Of a DNA stretch of 64,000 nt, positions 49,943-60,222 are shown piece after piece. The notes under the pieces were generated by a model. It saw only the letters and a program-made list of their open reading frames with translations. It searched no databases and was not told where the DNA came from. The stretch's first letter is position 1, and every line of letters starts with the position of its first letter. The translations under genes and the position numbers were made by a program. Source of the DNA: Nitrosopumilus sp. (GTDB taxonomy: Archaea; Thermoproteota; Nitrososphaeria; Nitrososphaerales; Nitrosopumilaceae); contig OZ245003.1 in assembly GCA_965223425.1 (NCBI GenBank), forward strand, positions 2,400,001-2,464,000. The letters run 5' to 3'.

Positions 49943-51274
49943 TTATTTGAAATATTTCTCTAGTTTGATACTGCCAAGTTTTGGAATTTTTGCCAATTCA
50001 AATCCCTCTGGGCGTTTTGAGAGAGAGTGGGTAGCATCAATGCCCATTTTTGCAGTGCGTAGTTTCTTTTGATCACTGGAAGGATCAAGACTGGAACCAC
50101 GCACGTTTTTTATGATTATCAAATCTTTATCTGCTTGAAACCTAGTGGCCATTGCATATTCTACTGACTCTGCATCGTTAGGATCAATATCTTCATCAAC
50201 TACAGTTACTTGCTTTAGAGAGCGATGGGATTCGAATGTTTTTTTGATGATTTGTTTAGGATCAGACTCGTTTTTCTTTTTTATTTGTACAACTGCATGC
50301 AACCAGTTACATCCACCGTTAGTCATTGAGACTTGCTGTGTCTGAGGGTAACTTTTCTTCAGTTCTCCATTTAATTTTGACTCTATGGGCATGCCCATCA
50401 ACAGCCTATGTTCTGAATAACCAGACAGAACATCATGGAAGACAGGATTGTTTCTAAAATACAGGTTTTCAAGCTCAAAGACGGGCTGAGATCTTCTGTG
50501 ATCGTATGTCTGAAGCATCTCAACCATCCATTCGGGATGGGTTTTGTCACGAAGAATTTTTCCCTCCATTACAATTTCAGCATCTGATGGCACATCCAAT
50601 CCTGTAAAGGGGAGTTTTGCCAAAGTTAGCTTTCCATTCAAGAGAGAATTGGCAATATCAATCTCATCTTTCCCCCATTCAGCTTGATATGCACCTGCAA
50701 TGGAAATTGCTGGATGAACTCCGACAGTAAGCGCGATTTTCAAATCATCGCCGTGTTCTTTGGCATCAACAAAACATCGGTGCAGATGACGTCCTTCTAC
50801 CATTCTAATTGAAAAATGAGTTTTATCAATTGGCATCAATCTATGAAAAGACGAATTTTGTTTTCCAGTTTCAGGATTTTTAGCATAGGCAATCGAGGAT
50901 GTGATAAATGGTCCAGATTCCTTTTGAAAGTGGGTCACAATAGGCATGGAGAAGATATTTTTTGACTTGTTTTCCATGAATTTGCCTGATGGGATAATTT
51001 TTGGCTTTTTAGCTTTTTTTATTGCTGAAATAATTTTTTGATGGATGCCATCCTCTGTTCCTCCAACTGCAAGAGCAAATCTCTTTCTAGTTCCCACCAA
51101 ATTAGCAACTAAACTAAAACTGCTTTCCTTGATATTTTCAAATAAAACAGCATGGGAGCCGTCAACTTTTGCGGTAATTCCTGCAATTTCAAATTTTGTA
51201 GAAACTTTTGTTCTTATAATTTTAAGATCCTTACCCTTTTTTATTTGGGAAATATAGTTTCTTAGATCACTCAT
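49943..51274 (-). CDS. ubiD: UbiD-family decarboxylase (possibly archaeal mevalonate-pathway anhydromevalonate phosphate decarboxylase)
   Basis: NSSFHRL, AEIVMEG, VVDEDID, AMATRFQ, GSSLDPS and KMGIDAT. Confidence 0.88.
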   Translation of the reverse strand: MSDLRNYISQIKKGKDLKIIRTKVSTKFEIAGITAKVDGSHAVLFENIKESSFSLVANLVGTRKRFALAVGGTEDGIHQKIISAIKKAKKPKIIPSGKFMENKSKNIFSMPIVTHFQKESGPFITSSIAYAKNPETGKQNSSFHRLMPIDKTHFSIRMVEGRHLHRCFVDAKEHGDDLKIALTVGVHPAISIAGAYQAEWGKDEIDIANSLLNGKLTLAKLPFTGLDVPSDAEIVMEGKILRDKTHPEWMVEMLQTYDHRRSQPVFELENLYFRNNPVFHDVLSGYSEHRLLMGMPIESKLNGELKKSYPQTQQVSMTNGGCNWLHAVVQIKKKNESDPKQIIKKTFESHRSLKQVTVVDEDIDPNDAESVEYAMATRFQADKDLIIIKNVRGSSLDPSSDQKKLRTAKMGIDATHSLSKRPEGFELAKIPKLGSIKLEKYFK

Positions 51275-51608
51275 TCTCAATCATCTCAATGATCTCAGAC
51301 ATTAAGGCTTTTGCAGTTTTTGGTTCCAATTCCTTTTGAATAAAAGCAGAAACCAAAGCAATCCCCCTCATCCTGGTACTAATCCGTTCAGACACAAGTT
51401 TAAGAAAAAGAGATTCGGTTTTTGATGGGATAACAGTAGTCGTAACCGGGGCAGGGCCAGTTGCTAAAGAAGCAACAACAGAGCCAATCTTGTTAGATCC
51501 CTCCGTTACAGATACAAAATATCCATTTTCAAACTTTTGAATCTGTAAAGAAAAACCGCGACTCTCCAAATTTACCATTTTTTGGAAAAATCCATTTGGA
51601 GATGTCAA
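51267..51608 (-). CDS. Conserved hypothetical protein (proteasome assembly chaperone 4-like)
   Basis: 113-aa ORF coupled to ubiD. Confidence 0.6.
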   Translation of the reverse strand: MTSPNGFFQKMVNLESRGFSLQIQKFENGYFVSVTEGSNKIGSVVASLATGPAPVTTTVIPSKTESLFLKLVSERISTRMRGIALVSAFIQKELEPKTAKALMSEIIEMIENE

Positions 51609-51625
51609 TAAGCTATGAACAAATC

Positions 51626-52087
51626 TTATGCTTTTATTGCTATTGATTCACTTTCTGTGGAGGTTTCGATGTTTGGATTTTTCTTACAATTCTTTTCGTG
51701 TTTGTCTGCATAAACAAACAATTTTTCACAATATTTGCAAGGAGTCTTTTCTTTAGCTGTTGCTTTGGATTTTGTTGTTTTTGCTTTTGCAATTCTAGAT
51801 TTGGATTTTGTTTTTGCTTTTACAACACCAACTTCAATCTCTTCTGTTTGAACATCTACAACTGATTTAGCTTCAATAGAATCAGCCTCAACTCTAGCAC
51901 GTAACTTTGCTTTGTATTTCAAATTACGTGGTTTTGTTCTTAACCTGTATCCACAACATGGACACCAAAGTCCCTCCCATTTGATGAATATTTCACAAAT
52001 TTGGCATCGACGTTGTCCAGAGGCATATCTTCCGGTTCCAACAGGCTTTTGAGCCTTGTATCTAACACAAATTCCTTTACAAGTCAT
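51626..52087 (-). CDS. Cys-rich Zn-finger protein with Lys-rich linker
   Basis: CKGIC, CQIC, CPCC and a C-terminal CKYC..H..C. Confidence 0.8.
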   Translation of the reverse strand: MTCKGICVRYKAQKPVGTGRYASGQRRCQICEIFIKWEGLWCPCCGYRLRTKPRNLKYKAKLRARVEADSIEAKSVVDVQTEEIEVGVVKAKTKSKSRIAKAKTTKSKATAKEKTPCKYCEKLFVYADKHEKNCKKNPNIETSTESESIAIKA

Positions 52088-52447
52088 CTTGGTAGTTTGT
52101 TATAGAATTCACAACTATATAAGGTTAGATCGATAAGATCTATAAAAAAAATCAAAAAATATGAAAATATTTTGAATAATTTTGCGATCGAACATATTAG
52201 TTTCAAAAAAAACGGACAAATCTTCAATAAATATGTATAGCTGATTTCCAGATCATATTTTTTGCAAAAATGACATGTATCAATATAGGTGTTTAACAAA
52301 AAAGTTCATTTTTTTTTCAAAAAAGACAATAAAATGTAGGATACCCCCACCCCCACCCCCACTTTCATCATTGTGCCAGTAAAGTGTAAGCAAAAAATGG
52401 CAAACTCACGTTATTTTCAAAATTTTACAAGGCAAATTTTTGGTTTG

Positions 52448-53089
52448 TTAACCTGTAATCGACAGAGGCAGAACAGAGTGTCTGTATCCATCTCGCTGTG
52501 AAATGTATTTTGCAGAAAGCATGTCTCGTTTTCCTCTTTGATTGAAATTTTTAATTTTCAGACTGGTTTTCCTTTCATCGACAAATTCTAATTCAAAAGA
52601 GGAACAAAATTTCAAATTAAGCATGGTTAGAATCTGTTTTGCAATTTTCATATTCCCATTACCAATTTTTACGATTTTTCGTTTTGCCCGAAGACCTCCT
52701 AAAACTTGTATAATATGAAAAATTAATTTGTCAGCTGAGGAATAAAAGGAGCTTTCAATCTCTTTACCATAATAAAAAACCGATAGCCCAATTCGTTGTC
52801 CTGGATCAATCCCTAAGATCAGATTATCTTCTTCAAAATCTAAATTGAGTTTTTGCATCATTATACCTCTAATTACAGTATGATGATGCTCAAAAATATC
52901 TTCATGCAGTAATGGTTTTTTACATTTTTTGGGGGATTCTTTCCTAGTAGTAAGAACAAGATGTCCAGAATAATCTAGAATTTCTTCAGGAAGAATAGAA
53001 TCAAATGATAATTTGAGGGCCTTGAGATAGGTTGAAAATCTATAGTACGGCTTACCATAAGTAGTCGCAATTCCAATACGGGCATTCAG
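52448..53089 (-). CDS. Hypothetical protein with RNase H-like (GIDPG) domain; frame extends to a CTG at 53089
   Basis: ILGIDPG, VKIGNG, VDERKTS and RDMLSA; open frame continues upstream of the track ORF (LNARIGIATTYGKPYY...). Confidence 0.7.
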   Translation of the reverse strand: MNARIGIATTYGKPYYRFSTYLKALKLSFDSILPEEILDYSGHLVLTTRKESPKKCKKPLLHEDIFEHHHTVIRGIMMQKLNLDFEEDNLILGIDPGQRIGLSVFYYGKEIESSFYSSADKLIFHIIQVLGGLRAKRKIVKIGNGNMKIAKQILTMLNLKFCSSFELEFVDERKTSLKIKNFNQRGKRDMLSAKYISQRDGYRHSVLPLSITG

Positions 53090-53131
53090 TAGGGGATCGA
53101 TATTTGATAAAACAACATATGAGATTTAGAT

Positions 53132-53467
53132 TTATGCCTTCAAAACAGTTGACACGACGTGTTTCACTGCTTCATCAAAATTAGCATCAATTTTTGACTG
53201 TATTTCTGATAATTTAGCCTCACCGTCTTGGGAAATTTTTGCAGATTCTGCAGTTGCCTTTTCTTTTGAGGCAGTAATAATAGTTTCAGCCTCTTTTGTA
53301 GCCATTTCTCTGGTTTTTTCTAACAAGGCGTCAATTTCAGTTTGTGTCTTTACGGCAAGTTGTTTTTTCATATCAGCAACTTTGCCATTTAGAGAATCCA
53401 TATCACCTTCTAAACTGCTCAAAGACTTGATAATTCCGGTAACTTTAGATTCAGATACATTGCTCAT
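53132..53467 (-). CDS. A/V-type ATPase peripheral-stalk subunit H/G-like coiled-coil protein
   Basis: All-helical charged 111-aa protein ending FDEAVKHVVSTVLKA. Confidence 0.6.
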   Translation of the reverse strand: MSNVSESKVTGIIKSLSSLEGDMDSLNGKVADMKKQLAVKTQTEIDALLEKTREMATKEAETIITASKEKATAESAKISQDGEAKLSEIQSKIDANFDEAVKHVVSTVLKA

Positions 53468-53538
53468 ATACCCAAATTCGAATTTTCCATTAATTAAATC
53501 ATTCAGTTTTTACGCAATTTTAGGCACAAAAATGGCAT

Positions 53539-53880
53539 TTATCCAGTAGTTAGAAGTAAAATTGCTCTTGCAAGATCGCCCTTGGCTTCCTCCAAGGCAT
53601 TTTTAGCCTTTTCTTCATCAACTCCGGCTTGTTGACTGACTAGCTGAATATCCTCTTCTGAGAAAATTGGAACCTCCAACTCACTTTCCTCATAACTATC
53701 TGCAGTCACTGTAAAAATAGAATTATCTTTTGCTTTCATTTCAGTAACGGAGGGCTTGGAGATAATAATCTCTTTTTTGTCGGTCTTGATGATCACCTCT
53801 TGAACATTTGGAAGTTCATTCATGTCAAGGCCCATCTTGTCCATCATTCTTCGCATTTCGCGATTTCCTCCTCGCATCAT
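53539..53880 (-). CDS. nac: Nascent polypeptide-associated complex protein
   Basis: RRMMDKMG, EVII and EDIQLVSQQAGV..GDLARAIL. Confidence 0.93.
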   Translation of the reverse strand: MMRGGNREMRRMMDKMGLDMNELPNVQEVIIKTDKKEIIISKPSVTEMKAKDNSIFTVTADSYEESELEVPIFSEEDIQLVSQQAGVDEEKAKNALEEAKGDLARAILLLTTG

Positions 53881-54350
53881 GATTCTATTTCCCCCTTGCG
53901 ACTTTTTAAACTATCTCTAACCTTAATTGCCACGCCCCTATCAAAATCTGAGATCATCTCGCTGGATAAAACTGCCTTGCCAACTGCAATTATTTTATCT
54001 TTGAACAATACTGGGGTGTCAGCAGAAATTCGTACTTTTTTTCCACACCATACGACGTGTTTACAAAATACAGATCTGCCCTCCTTGACAAATGGAGCAG
54101 CATCTTTGTTTATCTCAACACAATTTTCACGGAATGTTTTACTCTTCAATAAAATTTGAGCAAAATAAGGACTAATTGCCAAACCGCCATCAATTCTCAA
54201 AGTGCACAGCAACTTTCCTTTATGTGAAACAGTTCTTATTCTTCCTGTTTTTCGTGAAAAGGCCATCTCAATGTCTTTGGGCAAATGTTTGGATACGCCA
54301 TTTCCAAATAATGCATCAATTGAACACCGAAGCTTGAGAGTTTGGTCCAT
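53877..54350 (-). CDS. PUA-domain protein (archaeosine TGT C-terminal-like)
   Basis: SRKTGRIR, FVKEGRSVFCKHV and GVAIKVR. Confidence 0.8.
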   Translation of the reverse strand: MDQTLKLRCSIDALFGNGVSKHLPKDIEMAFSRKTGRIRTVSHKGKLLCTLRIDGGLAISPYFAQILLKSKTFRENCVEINKDAAPFVKEGRSVFCKHVVWCGKKVRISADTPVLFKDKIIAVGKAVLSSEMISDFDRGVAIKVRDSLKSRKGEIES

Positions 54351-54441
54351 GTGTATAGGCGATCTTTTCTAAATATTAGTTCAATGCAAAACTATATCAG
54401 AAATGCTAAACTATATAGACTGAGATTTTCCTCTTTAGATT

Positions 54442-55488
54442 GTGGAAGAAACAGGTGAAACAAGAAAAATCCAATTTACAGGAAAATCATCATACATAAT
54501 TTCATTGCCAAAACAATGGATAACAGAATTGGGTCTAAAACAAGGAGACCAAATTAGAATGGTCAGAAAAGGATCATCGACATTAGAGCTTTATCCACCA
54601 AAATTTGAATCTCGTACACAAAAGAAAGAGGATGCAGTAATAGAGATTGAGATTGAAGAGGAAGCATCTTCAATTGTTAGAAAATTAATTTCTCTGTATT
54701 TTTTGGGATTCAAAACCATTTACGTTAAACCAAAAAATGGCAGACTAAGTCCAAGTCAAAGAAACACTGTGAAGGGTGCCGTTAAACGAATGCTGATGGG
54801 TTCTGAAATTATTTCTGACTCGAGTGGAGGAATCACAGTACAGGTTCTTGTCAATTTGCTAGAACTGTCAGTTGACGGGGCATTCAAAAGAATGATTCAC
54901 CTGGCAAAATCAATGTCCAGTGATGCAATTTTATCAGTAAAAGAAAATAACCTAGATCTAGCTCAAGAGGTAATCAACACTGATGATGAAGTAGATAGAT
55001 TTGGATTTTATATTATTCGTCAACTGAAAATAGCCATACAAAATGAGCACATGCTAAAAGAAATGGGTTTTAGAAACGCTAGGAACTGTTTAGGATACAG
55101 ATTGGTTGTAAAAAATATAGAAAGAGCAGGAGATCATGCAGCGTTTATTGCAAAGGATCTTCTCGAGTTCAAAAAATCAGTCAAAAAAGAGATTTTAGAA
55201 AAATTGCAAGATATGAATGAATTTTGTTTGTCAGTGCTAGATGAATCATGTTTGGCATTATTCAAAGAAGACTATGCACAGGCAGAAAAGACCATTAAAA
55301 AGACAAGTGAGATTTCCAAATATGAGAAGAAAGTCAGAGACGCCTCAAAATCACTAAAAGATGATGAGGAGATTTGGAGGGTCAGAAGAATGACTGAGAA
55401 TATTCGAAGGGTGTCTGAATATGCCAGCGACATTGCAGAAATTGTCTTGAATATGAATATAGAAAAAGCACTAAAAAAATCAGGATAA
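54442..55488 (+). CDS. phoU: AbrB-PhoU phosphate uptake regulator
   Basis: RKIQFTGKSSYIISLPKQW plus PhoU motifs DDEVDR and IERAGDH. Confidence 0.9.
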   Translation: MEETGETRKIQFTGKSSYIISLPKQWITELGLKQGDQIRMVRKGSSTLELYPPKFESRTQKKEDAVIEIEIEEEASSIVRKLISLYFLGFKTIYVKPKNGRLSPSQRNTVKGAVKRMLMGSEIISDSSGGITVQVLVNLLELSVDGAFKRMIHLAKSMSSDAILSVKENNLDLAQEVINTDDEVDRFGFYIIRQLKIAIQNEHMLKEMGFRNARNCLGYRLVVKNIERAGDHAAFIAKDLLEFKKSVKKEILEKLQDMNEFCLSVLDESCLALFKEDYAQAEKTIKKTSEISKYEKKVRDASKSLKDDEEIWRVRRMTENIRRVSEYASDIAEIVLNMNIEKALKKSG

Positions 55489-55545
55489 TTTATCAAAAAC
55501 AGGTAGAATCTTTAACTCGAATTATGCTGAGAATACTGAATAAAA

Positions 55546-56664
55546 ATGAATTCGGCAATTTTAATCACGTATGATAAAGATGACGCAATTAATGAGGCAA
55601 AGGGGTTGTGCGACGCGGCAGGATACCAAGTGGTTCACATAATCAAACAAAAATTTCTAAAAAAACCAAAGTATGGAATTAGCGGTGGAATTTTAGAAAG
55701 ACTAGAAGAGATATCAGAAAAACTCAGACCAGACGTGATCGTCTTTGATGAAATTTTAAAGCCAAGCCAAAACTACAATCTTGCATCTGTTTTACATAGA
55801 GAAATTTTAGACAGAGAGGCATTAATTCTTGAAATTTTTGAAAGCAGGGCATCAAGTGCAGAATCAAAATTGCAAGTAAAATTAGCACAGTTAAGATATG
55901 AGATAGCAAGAGCAAAAGAAAAAGTTCGTCTTTCAAGTATGGGGGAACAGCCAGGATTTATGGGGATAGGAAAATTCGAGGTTGATGTGTATTATAATGA
56001 CATCAAGCATAGAATGCAGACAATAAAATCCAAACTGGAAAAAGCTGGAAAACAAAGAGAACTTCACAGGCAGGGGAGAAAGAGAATGGGATTCAAAACA
56101 ATCTCACTAGCAGGGTATACATCTGCAGGAAAGACCACATTATTTAATAAAATGACAGGGGAAACTCGAGCACAAAGTAAAGAACTGTTCACAACTCTTT
56201 CAACAACTACAAGGAGAGTTACAATTAATCAAGAACCATTCCTAATTTCAGATACAGTAGGCTTTATCAGCAAATTGCCTGCATACATGATAGATGCATT
56301 CAAGTCCACATTAGAAGAGTTAGGACATGCAGACATCATTATTGTTGTAATAGATATTAGTGACTCGTTGTTTGAATTAAAAAAGAAATTTGCCAGCTGC
56401 ATGAGAACATTAAGCGAGTTAAGAGTTGAAAAAGACAGGATGGCATATGCATTAAACAAAGCAGATTTGTTAGAATTCGGAGAGCTAGAGCAGAAAATCA
56501 ACATGCTGAATTTAGCTGAAAACAAAAAATGGATCTCAGTATCTGCAAAAACAGGCAAGAACATTAAGGAGCTTGAGGAGCTAATCAGAGATATCATGGA
56601 GAGTCATGATTCGTACAAATCCAGGAAGAGTTCTTTGGGGGTTGAGGAGACACTTGGCAATTGA
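55546..56664 (+). CDS. hflX: GTPase HflX
   Basis: [33 protein letters not shown] and NKAD. Confidence 0.95.
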   Translation: MNSAILITYDKDDAINEAKGLCDAAGYQVVHIIKQKFLKKPKYGISGGILERLEEISEKLRPDVIVFDEILKPSQNYNLASVLHREILDREALILEIFESRASSAESKLQVKLAQLRYEIARAKEKVRLSSMGEQPGFMGIGKFEVDVYYNDIKHRMQTIKSKLEKAGKQRELHRQGRKRMGFKTISLAGYTSAGKTTLFNKMTGETRAQSKELFTTLSTTTRRVTINQEPFLISDTVGFISKLPAYMIDAFKSTLEELGHADIIIVVIDISDSLFELKKKFASCMRTLSELRVEKDRMAYALNKADLLEFGELEQKINMLNLAENKKWISVSAKTGKNIKELEELIRDIMESHDSYKSRKSSLGVEETLGN

Positions 56665-57187
56665 AGTAGTCAGAATCGGGCAGCGCCTTGTAAGGGATGA
56701 TAGGGTTACAACTCATGTAGCATTAGTTGCAAGGGCATTTGGAGCTGAAAAAATTTTCATGACTGAAGTAAATCCCGAAATCAAGGAGACTTTGGAGAAG
56801 ATCAATGATGCCTGGGGAGGAAGTTTTGAAGTTGAGTTTATTGATAAATGGAAGTCCGTTGTAAAAAAGAAAAAAGAAGACAACTTTAGAGTTGTACATC
56901 TTTCAATGTATGGAGAAAAAATTAATGATGTGCAGGAAAAACTTGCAAGAGAAGAAAACTTGCTAGTTGTTGTGGGTGCTGAGAAAGTCCCAAGAGAAAT
57001 TTATGAAATATCAGACTATAATGTGGGAGTGGGAAGTCAGCCACATTCGGAAGTTAGCGCATTGGCAATACTATTAGACCGTATTCAAAATGGAAAACAG
57101 TTTGAGAATGAATTCCCAAATGCAAAAAAGAGGATCATACCCACAAAAACGGGTAAAAACGTCAAAGTAAAAGAAACAAGGGATTAA
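56654..57187 (+). CDS. trm56: tRNA (cytidine(56)-2'-O)-methyltransferase
   Basis: [31 protein letters not shown] and QPHSEVSAL. Confidence 0.93.
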   Translation: MAIEVVRIGQRLVRDDRVTTHVALVARAFGAEKIFMTEVNPEIKETLEKINDAWGGSFEVEFIDKWKSVVKKKKEDNFRVVHLSMYGEKINDVQEKLAREENLLVVVGAEKVPREIYEISDYNVGVGSQPHSEVSALAILLDRIQNGKQFENEFPNAKKRIIPTKTGKNVKVKETRD

Positions 57188-57213
57188 TAATAGAAAATTG
57201 GGAATGATTAGAG

Positions 57214-57729
57214 TTGGTAGACAAATACGAGGATCCTTTTGTTAGAATTGCCTCCATGATTGGAGGAGATGAATATCTCAAAGTAGCAAGATCCCTGCTA
57301 AAAGCCGAAGATGCGACAGATGAAGAAATTGCAAGCTCTACAGGCCTTAGAATCAACATGGTAAGAAAAGTATTGTACGATCTGTTTGGAAAATCGCTCA
57401 TTACTGGAATCAGAGTAAAAGATGAGAGAAAAGGCTGGTTTGTCTACAGATGGAGAACCAGGAGAGAAGAAGTCGAGCATTTTATTGAAAACCAAAAAAA
57501 GAAAATTTCAGAGAGGTTACAGCAAAGGCTGGATTATGAAAACGCCTCTGACTTTTATCATTGCGGTAATGAAGATTGTCCAAGAGTGACCTTTGAAGAA
57601 TCGCTTGAAGGCATGTTCAAGTGCCCATCATGCGGAAATGTTCTAAATCTAAAAAAGAATGACAAATCTAAAAAAGCATATTCAAAAAAGATTGATGAGA
57701 TCAACAAGGACATGCAGCAAACATTCTGA
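57214..57729 (+). CDS. tfe: Transcription factor E alpha
   Basis: TDEEIA..TG...N.VRKVLY.L, GWFVYRW and Zn ribbon CPSCG. Confidence 0.93.
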   Translation: MVDKYEDPFVRIASMIGGDEYLKVARSLLKAEDATDEEIASSTGLRINMVRKVLYDLFGKSLITGIRVKDERKGWFVYRWRTRREEVEHFIENQKKKISERLQQRLDYENASDFYHCGNEDCPRVTFEESLEGMFKCPSCGNVLNLKKNDKSKKAYSKKIDEINKDMQQTF

Positions 57730-57844
57730 TCGCATAATAAAGCAATCAGAATTTCATAATAATTTCAAACATTATAGAACGTAAAATGCGTTCGTAAAGT
57801 GAAAAGATGGGTATTCCTTAAGTATTATTTACGCGTACTATATG

Positions 57845-57957
57845 TGACGAGGACACTTGATGACATCAGTCTGTTAAGTGAAGATCAATGAGATCTTAGG
57901 AACGCCTTGGGCTTTGAAGTACGTTCGGAGTTCATGATTCCTGTGAGGTCCTCGTCA
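57845..57957 (+). ncRNA. Candidate structured small RNA (C/D-box-like)
   Basis: 10-bp terminal stem TGACGAGGAC/GTCCTCGTCA; TTGATGA after the 5' arm and GTGA before the 3' arm; internal hairpin AAGATC-AATGA-GATCTT; TATA-like TTAAGTA about 25 bp upstream. Confidence 0.5.
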
Positions 57958-58083
57958 ACTTCTTCTTCATCATCATCACCTGAATCATCACATTCTTCCA
58001 TCTCCACAGGTACAGGATTTTCATCTTAGGACAAATAATTAAAAGATGGAAATTAGTTAACGATTTTATGTTAACAAATTGGT

Positions 58084-58350
58084 TTAATGATTAGAAAGGC
58101 CTTTTGACTTTACAAAAGCCCAAATCTTTTTAGTCATTTCACTTGGTGCAATTGCTTTGCTTCCAAAGACTTGCTCTACAGTTTCTTTGCGACCTGCAAA
58201 ACTTATTGCGTAACCGCCAAATGCTGGTTTTTTAGATTTAGACTTGGACTTTATTTTTGTTGCAGCCTTCTTTTTTGTTGCAACTTTTCTTTTTGTTGCA
58301 GTTTTCTTTTTTGTAGTTTTTCTTTGTGTAGATTTCTTTTTTACTGCCAA
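58084..58350 (-). CDS. Lys-rich protein with C-terminal SWIB/MDM2-like motif
   Basis: PSEMTKKIWAFVKSKGL; histone-H1-like basic tail. Confidence 0.7.
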   Translation of the reverse strand: MAVKKKSTQRKTTKKKTATKRKVATKKKAATKIKSKSKSKKPAFGGYAISFAGRKETVEQVFGSKAIAPSEMTKKIWAFVKSKGLSNH

Positions 58351-58385
58351 TTTCTTGTAATTTTATTTTAAATTAGGTATATAAC

Positions 58386-59042
58386 TTACACCTTAGCGTA
58401 ATTCAAAACAAGGTGATTTTTGAGCCTCTTAACTGACTTGAGGTTCAGAGTGGGAGAATTTGAAATTTTTTCAAAACCCTTTCCGCCTGCAAAAGAAACA
58501 GCATCGTTTCCACCAATTAAAAATGGAGACAGTGTAACGATTAATTCATCAAAAATATTATGTTTAATAAATTCCCAATTAACAGTTCCACCGCCTTCAA
58601 CAAGAATTGTTTTAATTTTTTTATCTGAAAGTTTTTTTAATAATAGTTTAAGGTTGACAGATTCCTCACCGGCAATAATTATGTCTACAGGAAATTTGCG
58701 CAGTTTATCAAGATTTGATTTGCTAATTTTTTTGGATACAGCTATAATAGTTGGAGTTTTATGACTTGATTGCAGGATTTTTGATTTTCCAGATATGCTA
58801 CCATTAGAATCCAGAATTATTCTAGTCGGGTTTTTTCCTCTGGTATGTCGTACGGTTAGCAAAGGGTTGTCTCTTAAAACAGTATTTTTGCCAACAAGAA
58901 TTGCGTCTACCTTGGATCTTAACTTGTGAAGTCTAGCTTTATCTTGTTTTGAAGACATTTTTGAATCATTTGTTCTAGTAGCAATCTTTCCATCAATTGA
59001 CAGTGCTGCACTTAGAATTACATAAGGTCTAGATTTTGCCAT
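58386..59042 (-). CDS. arfC: 2,5-diamino-6-(ribosylamino)-4(3H)-pyrimidinone 5'-phosphate reductase
   Basis: SIDGKIA, DAILVG.NTV..DNP.LTVR and VEGGG. Confidence 0.9.
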   Translation of the reverse strand: MAKSRPYVILSAALSIDGKIATRTNDSKMSSKQDKARLHKLRSKVDAILVGKNTVLRDNPLLTVRHTRGKNPTRIILDSNGSISGKSKILQSSHKTPTIIAVSKKISKSNLDKLRKFPVDIIIAGEESVNLKLLLKKLSDKKIKTILVEGGGTVNWEFIKHNIFDELIVTLSPFLIGGNDAVSFAGGKGFEKISNSPTLNLKSVKRLKNHLVLNYAKV

Positions 59043-60222
59043 GAACTATTTTACCTCCAATCATTACTGCCTTGACTGCAGACTCTGTTGCCCTATGAAC
59101 AATTGATGCATGTGGATTATGCATTGGTTCCAAATCCAATGCGTGCTTGTCAAGAAAAATACAATCGGCAGTTTTTCCAGTTTCAATGACTCCAATATTT
59201 TTTTGCAAAATTTTCCCCCCGTTCACTGTAGCCATTTTAAGAATTTCTTTAGGATCGACTCTTTTTTTATGAATTCCCATGGTTGCTTTCCAAAGAAAAT
59301 CCATTTCTCTGAACATATCTGGAGAATTTATCATAACGTTATCTGTGCCCAAGGCGACAGTACAGCCTGCCTTTTTCATTAGTTCTATATCCGGAATGCC
59401 CTCAGCTAGGGAGGAATTGGCTCTTGGACATATTACAATGCCTCGAGTTTTTTTTGCCGCCGCATGAAGATCATGTTTTGAGGCATGGGTCATATGAACC
59501 AAAAAATGCGGTTTCAGGGATAATGCTCGAATTGCCTCAGATTTTCCTGTAATTTTCTTGGATTTAGAAACACTTTGTTTAGTTTCAGAGGAGTGTATGG
59601 CCCGGAGTTTTGTTGTTTTTGAATAATAACTTAGAACAGACGGGCTGTTCTCATTTGCACCGCTAATGCCAATTCCGTCACAGTTTTTGATCAGCCTGTT
59701 GAGATCCTTAATTTTTTCTCTAGGATAGGGCAAGTTCTTTCTGATTTCAGCAGATTTTTGATAAAATTCCATCCTGCCTAGAACAACTGCACGTAAAGGA
59801 ATGTCAGACAATATTTTTTGGAGTAAGATAACGCCATCTAACCCACCTTCCCTAAAGTCTACAAATGTGGTGATCCCCTTCCGGACCATGGAGCGGCACG
59901 AATTTTTCATAAAAACTGATAAATTTTCTTGGGATGTATTTTTTAGAATTTTTGATTTGGTGCCAAATACGGGATGAATTCTTTTGTCAGCAGAACTATT
60001 TAGTGTGACATCTTTTCCAATTGAGTCGCCTATGTGTGTGTGGGCATTGATGAATCCAGGAATTAATAGGAGGCCCTCGCAATCTACAGAGTCTTCTTCT
60101 TTGTTGTTTGAGGTAATTTTTGGTTGAATTTTTTTGAATGTATTGTTTTGAATTCTGATGTCAGTATTTGGAATAAAGTCTAATTCCGTGCCAGATAGTA
60201 CGCTTGTGTTTTTTATTAACAT
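59029..60222 (-). CDS. Amidohydrolase family protein
   Basis: PGFINAHTHIGD, IHSSE, VHMTH, CPRAN and LGTDN. Confidence 0.9.
   Translation of the reverse strand: MLIKNTSVLSGTELDFIPNTDIRIQNNTFKKIQPKITSNNKEEDSVDCEGLLLIPGFINAHTHIGDSIGKDVTLNSSADKRIHPVFGTKSKILKNTSQENLSVFMKNSCRSMVRKGITTFVDFREGGLDGVILLQKILSDIPLRAVVLGRMEFYQKSAEIRKNLPYPREKIKDLNRLIKNCDGIGISGANENSPSVLSYYSKTTKLRAIHSSETKQSVSKSKKITGKSEAIRALSLKPHFLVHMTHASKHDLHAAAKKTRGIVICPRANSSLAEGIPDIELMKKAGCTVALGTDNVMINSPDMFREMDFLWKATMGIHKKRVDPKEILKMATVNGGKILQKNIGVIETGKTADCIFLDKHALDLEPMHNPHASIVHRATESAVKAVMIGGKIVHGKI

Noticed and set aside
52344-52361. (CCCCCA)3 tract as a G-quadruplex or replication-origin ORB
   Set aside because: Only three runs, no full ORB consensus repeats, and no cdc6 gene nearby.
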